From Vicugna vicugna (Eukaryota), in the NCBI GenBank assembly GCA_013265495.1, contig MU057801.1, positions 1,667,879 to 1,731,878 on the forward strand: 64,000 nucleotides of DNA, given 5' to 3'. The notes under the pieces are model-generated. The model saw nothing but the letters and a program-made list of their open reading frames with translations, was not told where the DNA came from and did no database searches. Below, in pieces: positions 63,490-64,000 of this stretch. How positions within the stretch are numbered: the stretch's first letter is position 1; every line of letters begins with the position of its first letter. The translations under genes were made by a program, and so were the position numbers.

Positions 63490-63995
63490 TACGGTTCTGG
63501 CTGGCCAGGCAGCGTAACGACATGACTATCATTTCCTCTCCGACTTCTCAAGGTCTGTAGAATGAATGGCACCAGCTTGGAAGAAGGTATTGGAGACAAC
63601 AGCAGAGCATCCTTTTAAGGAATTCTGTATCCACAACGTTCTCAGTGGCAGAGAGGCTGATACCGGGTGGGAAAGCAAATACACACACAAACCCCACAGG
63701 AACATAAGTGTCTCTGAGTTGAAAAGTGACCCAAAAGGGGCAAAATCAGAACAAGAACAGGTTTGAGAAAAATATCAGTCCATTTATTTAAGTTACGTGG
63801 TCTCTTTTGCATACATGAAAGAGTGGCATATGATAAACTATGTGCATAAAAGTCTTTAGAATCTCAGTAATTATAAAAGTCCTAGAGAGAAGAAATAATT
63901 GCATCAGATTCAATTGGTAATATGTTTCCTTTGGCGGCACATGAGATTATAGAGCTTTTAATCATTGATGACACTTTATAGTCAGTAAAGTAAGG
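63490..63995 (+). mobile_element. TcMar Tc2/pogo-type (Kanga-like) DNA transposon 3' part, with a transposase C-terminal relic
   Basis: ORF 63566-63766 reads AWKKVLETTAEHPFKEFCIHNVLSGREADTGW, resembling the pogo/Tc2 motif AW..I....I..SFKKC.I.N.LDG.EDD..W. It ends in a TIR-like ctttatagtcagtaaagtaagg followed by TA. Confidence 0.65.
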
Positions 63996-64000
63996 TACAT

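Noticed and set aside
1..64000. A novel multi-gene or defence-type system
   Set aside because: No coding genes, operon-like structure or intact mobile element were found. All recognised parts are known mammalian repeat classes or non-coding DNA.

Overview
Mammalian nuclear genomic DNA, most likely a camelid (alpaca, llama or camel). The evidence is a tRNA-derived SINE with the camelid-type 'ggaggtaattaggtttatttattt' segment at ~53.4 kb and several camelid-type L1 3' ends. I find no credible protein-coding exon or structural RNA gene: the supplied ORFs look like chance frames in GC-rich or repeat-derived DNA. The window starts in a CpG-island promoter with ETS/NRF1/CRE-like motifs, whose gene I cannot name (it probably runs off the left edge). 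The rest looks intergenic or intronic: L1, L2, MIR, MaLR/ERVL LTR and DNA-transposon fossils (Tigger1-derived, Tc2/Kanga-like, MER5-like), several orphan CpG-rich patches, and repeat-poor AT-rich blocks that may be enhancers. The most notable signal is that old AT-rich repeats beside CpG-rich patches carry almost only A/T->G/C changes. This is consistent with strong local GC-biased gene conversion turning transposon fossils into CpG islands. Repeat names come from consensus sequences recalled from memory, and most boundaries are approximate. I see no evidence of a new multi-gene system.
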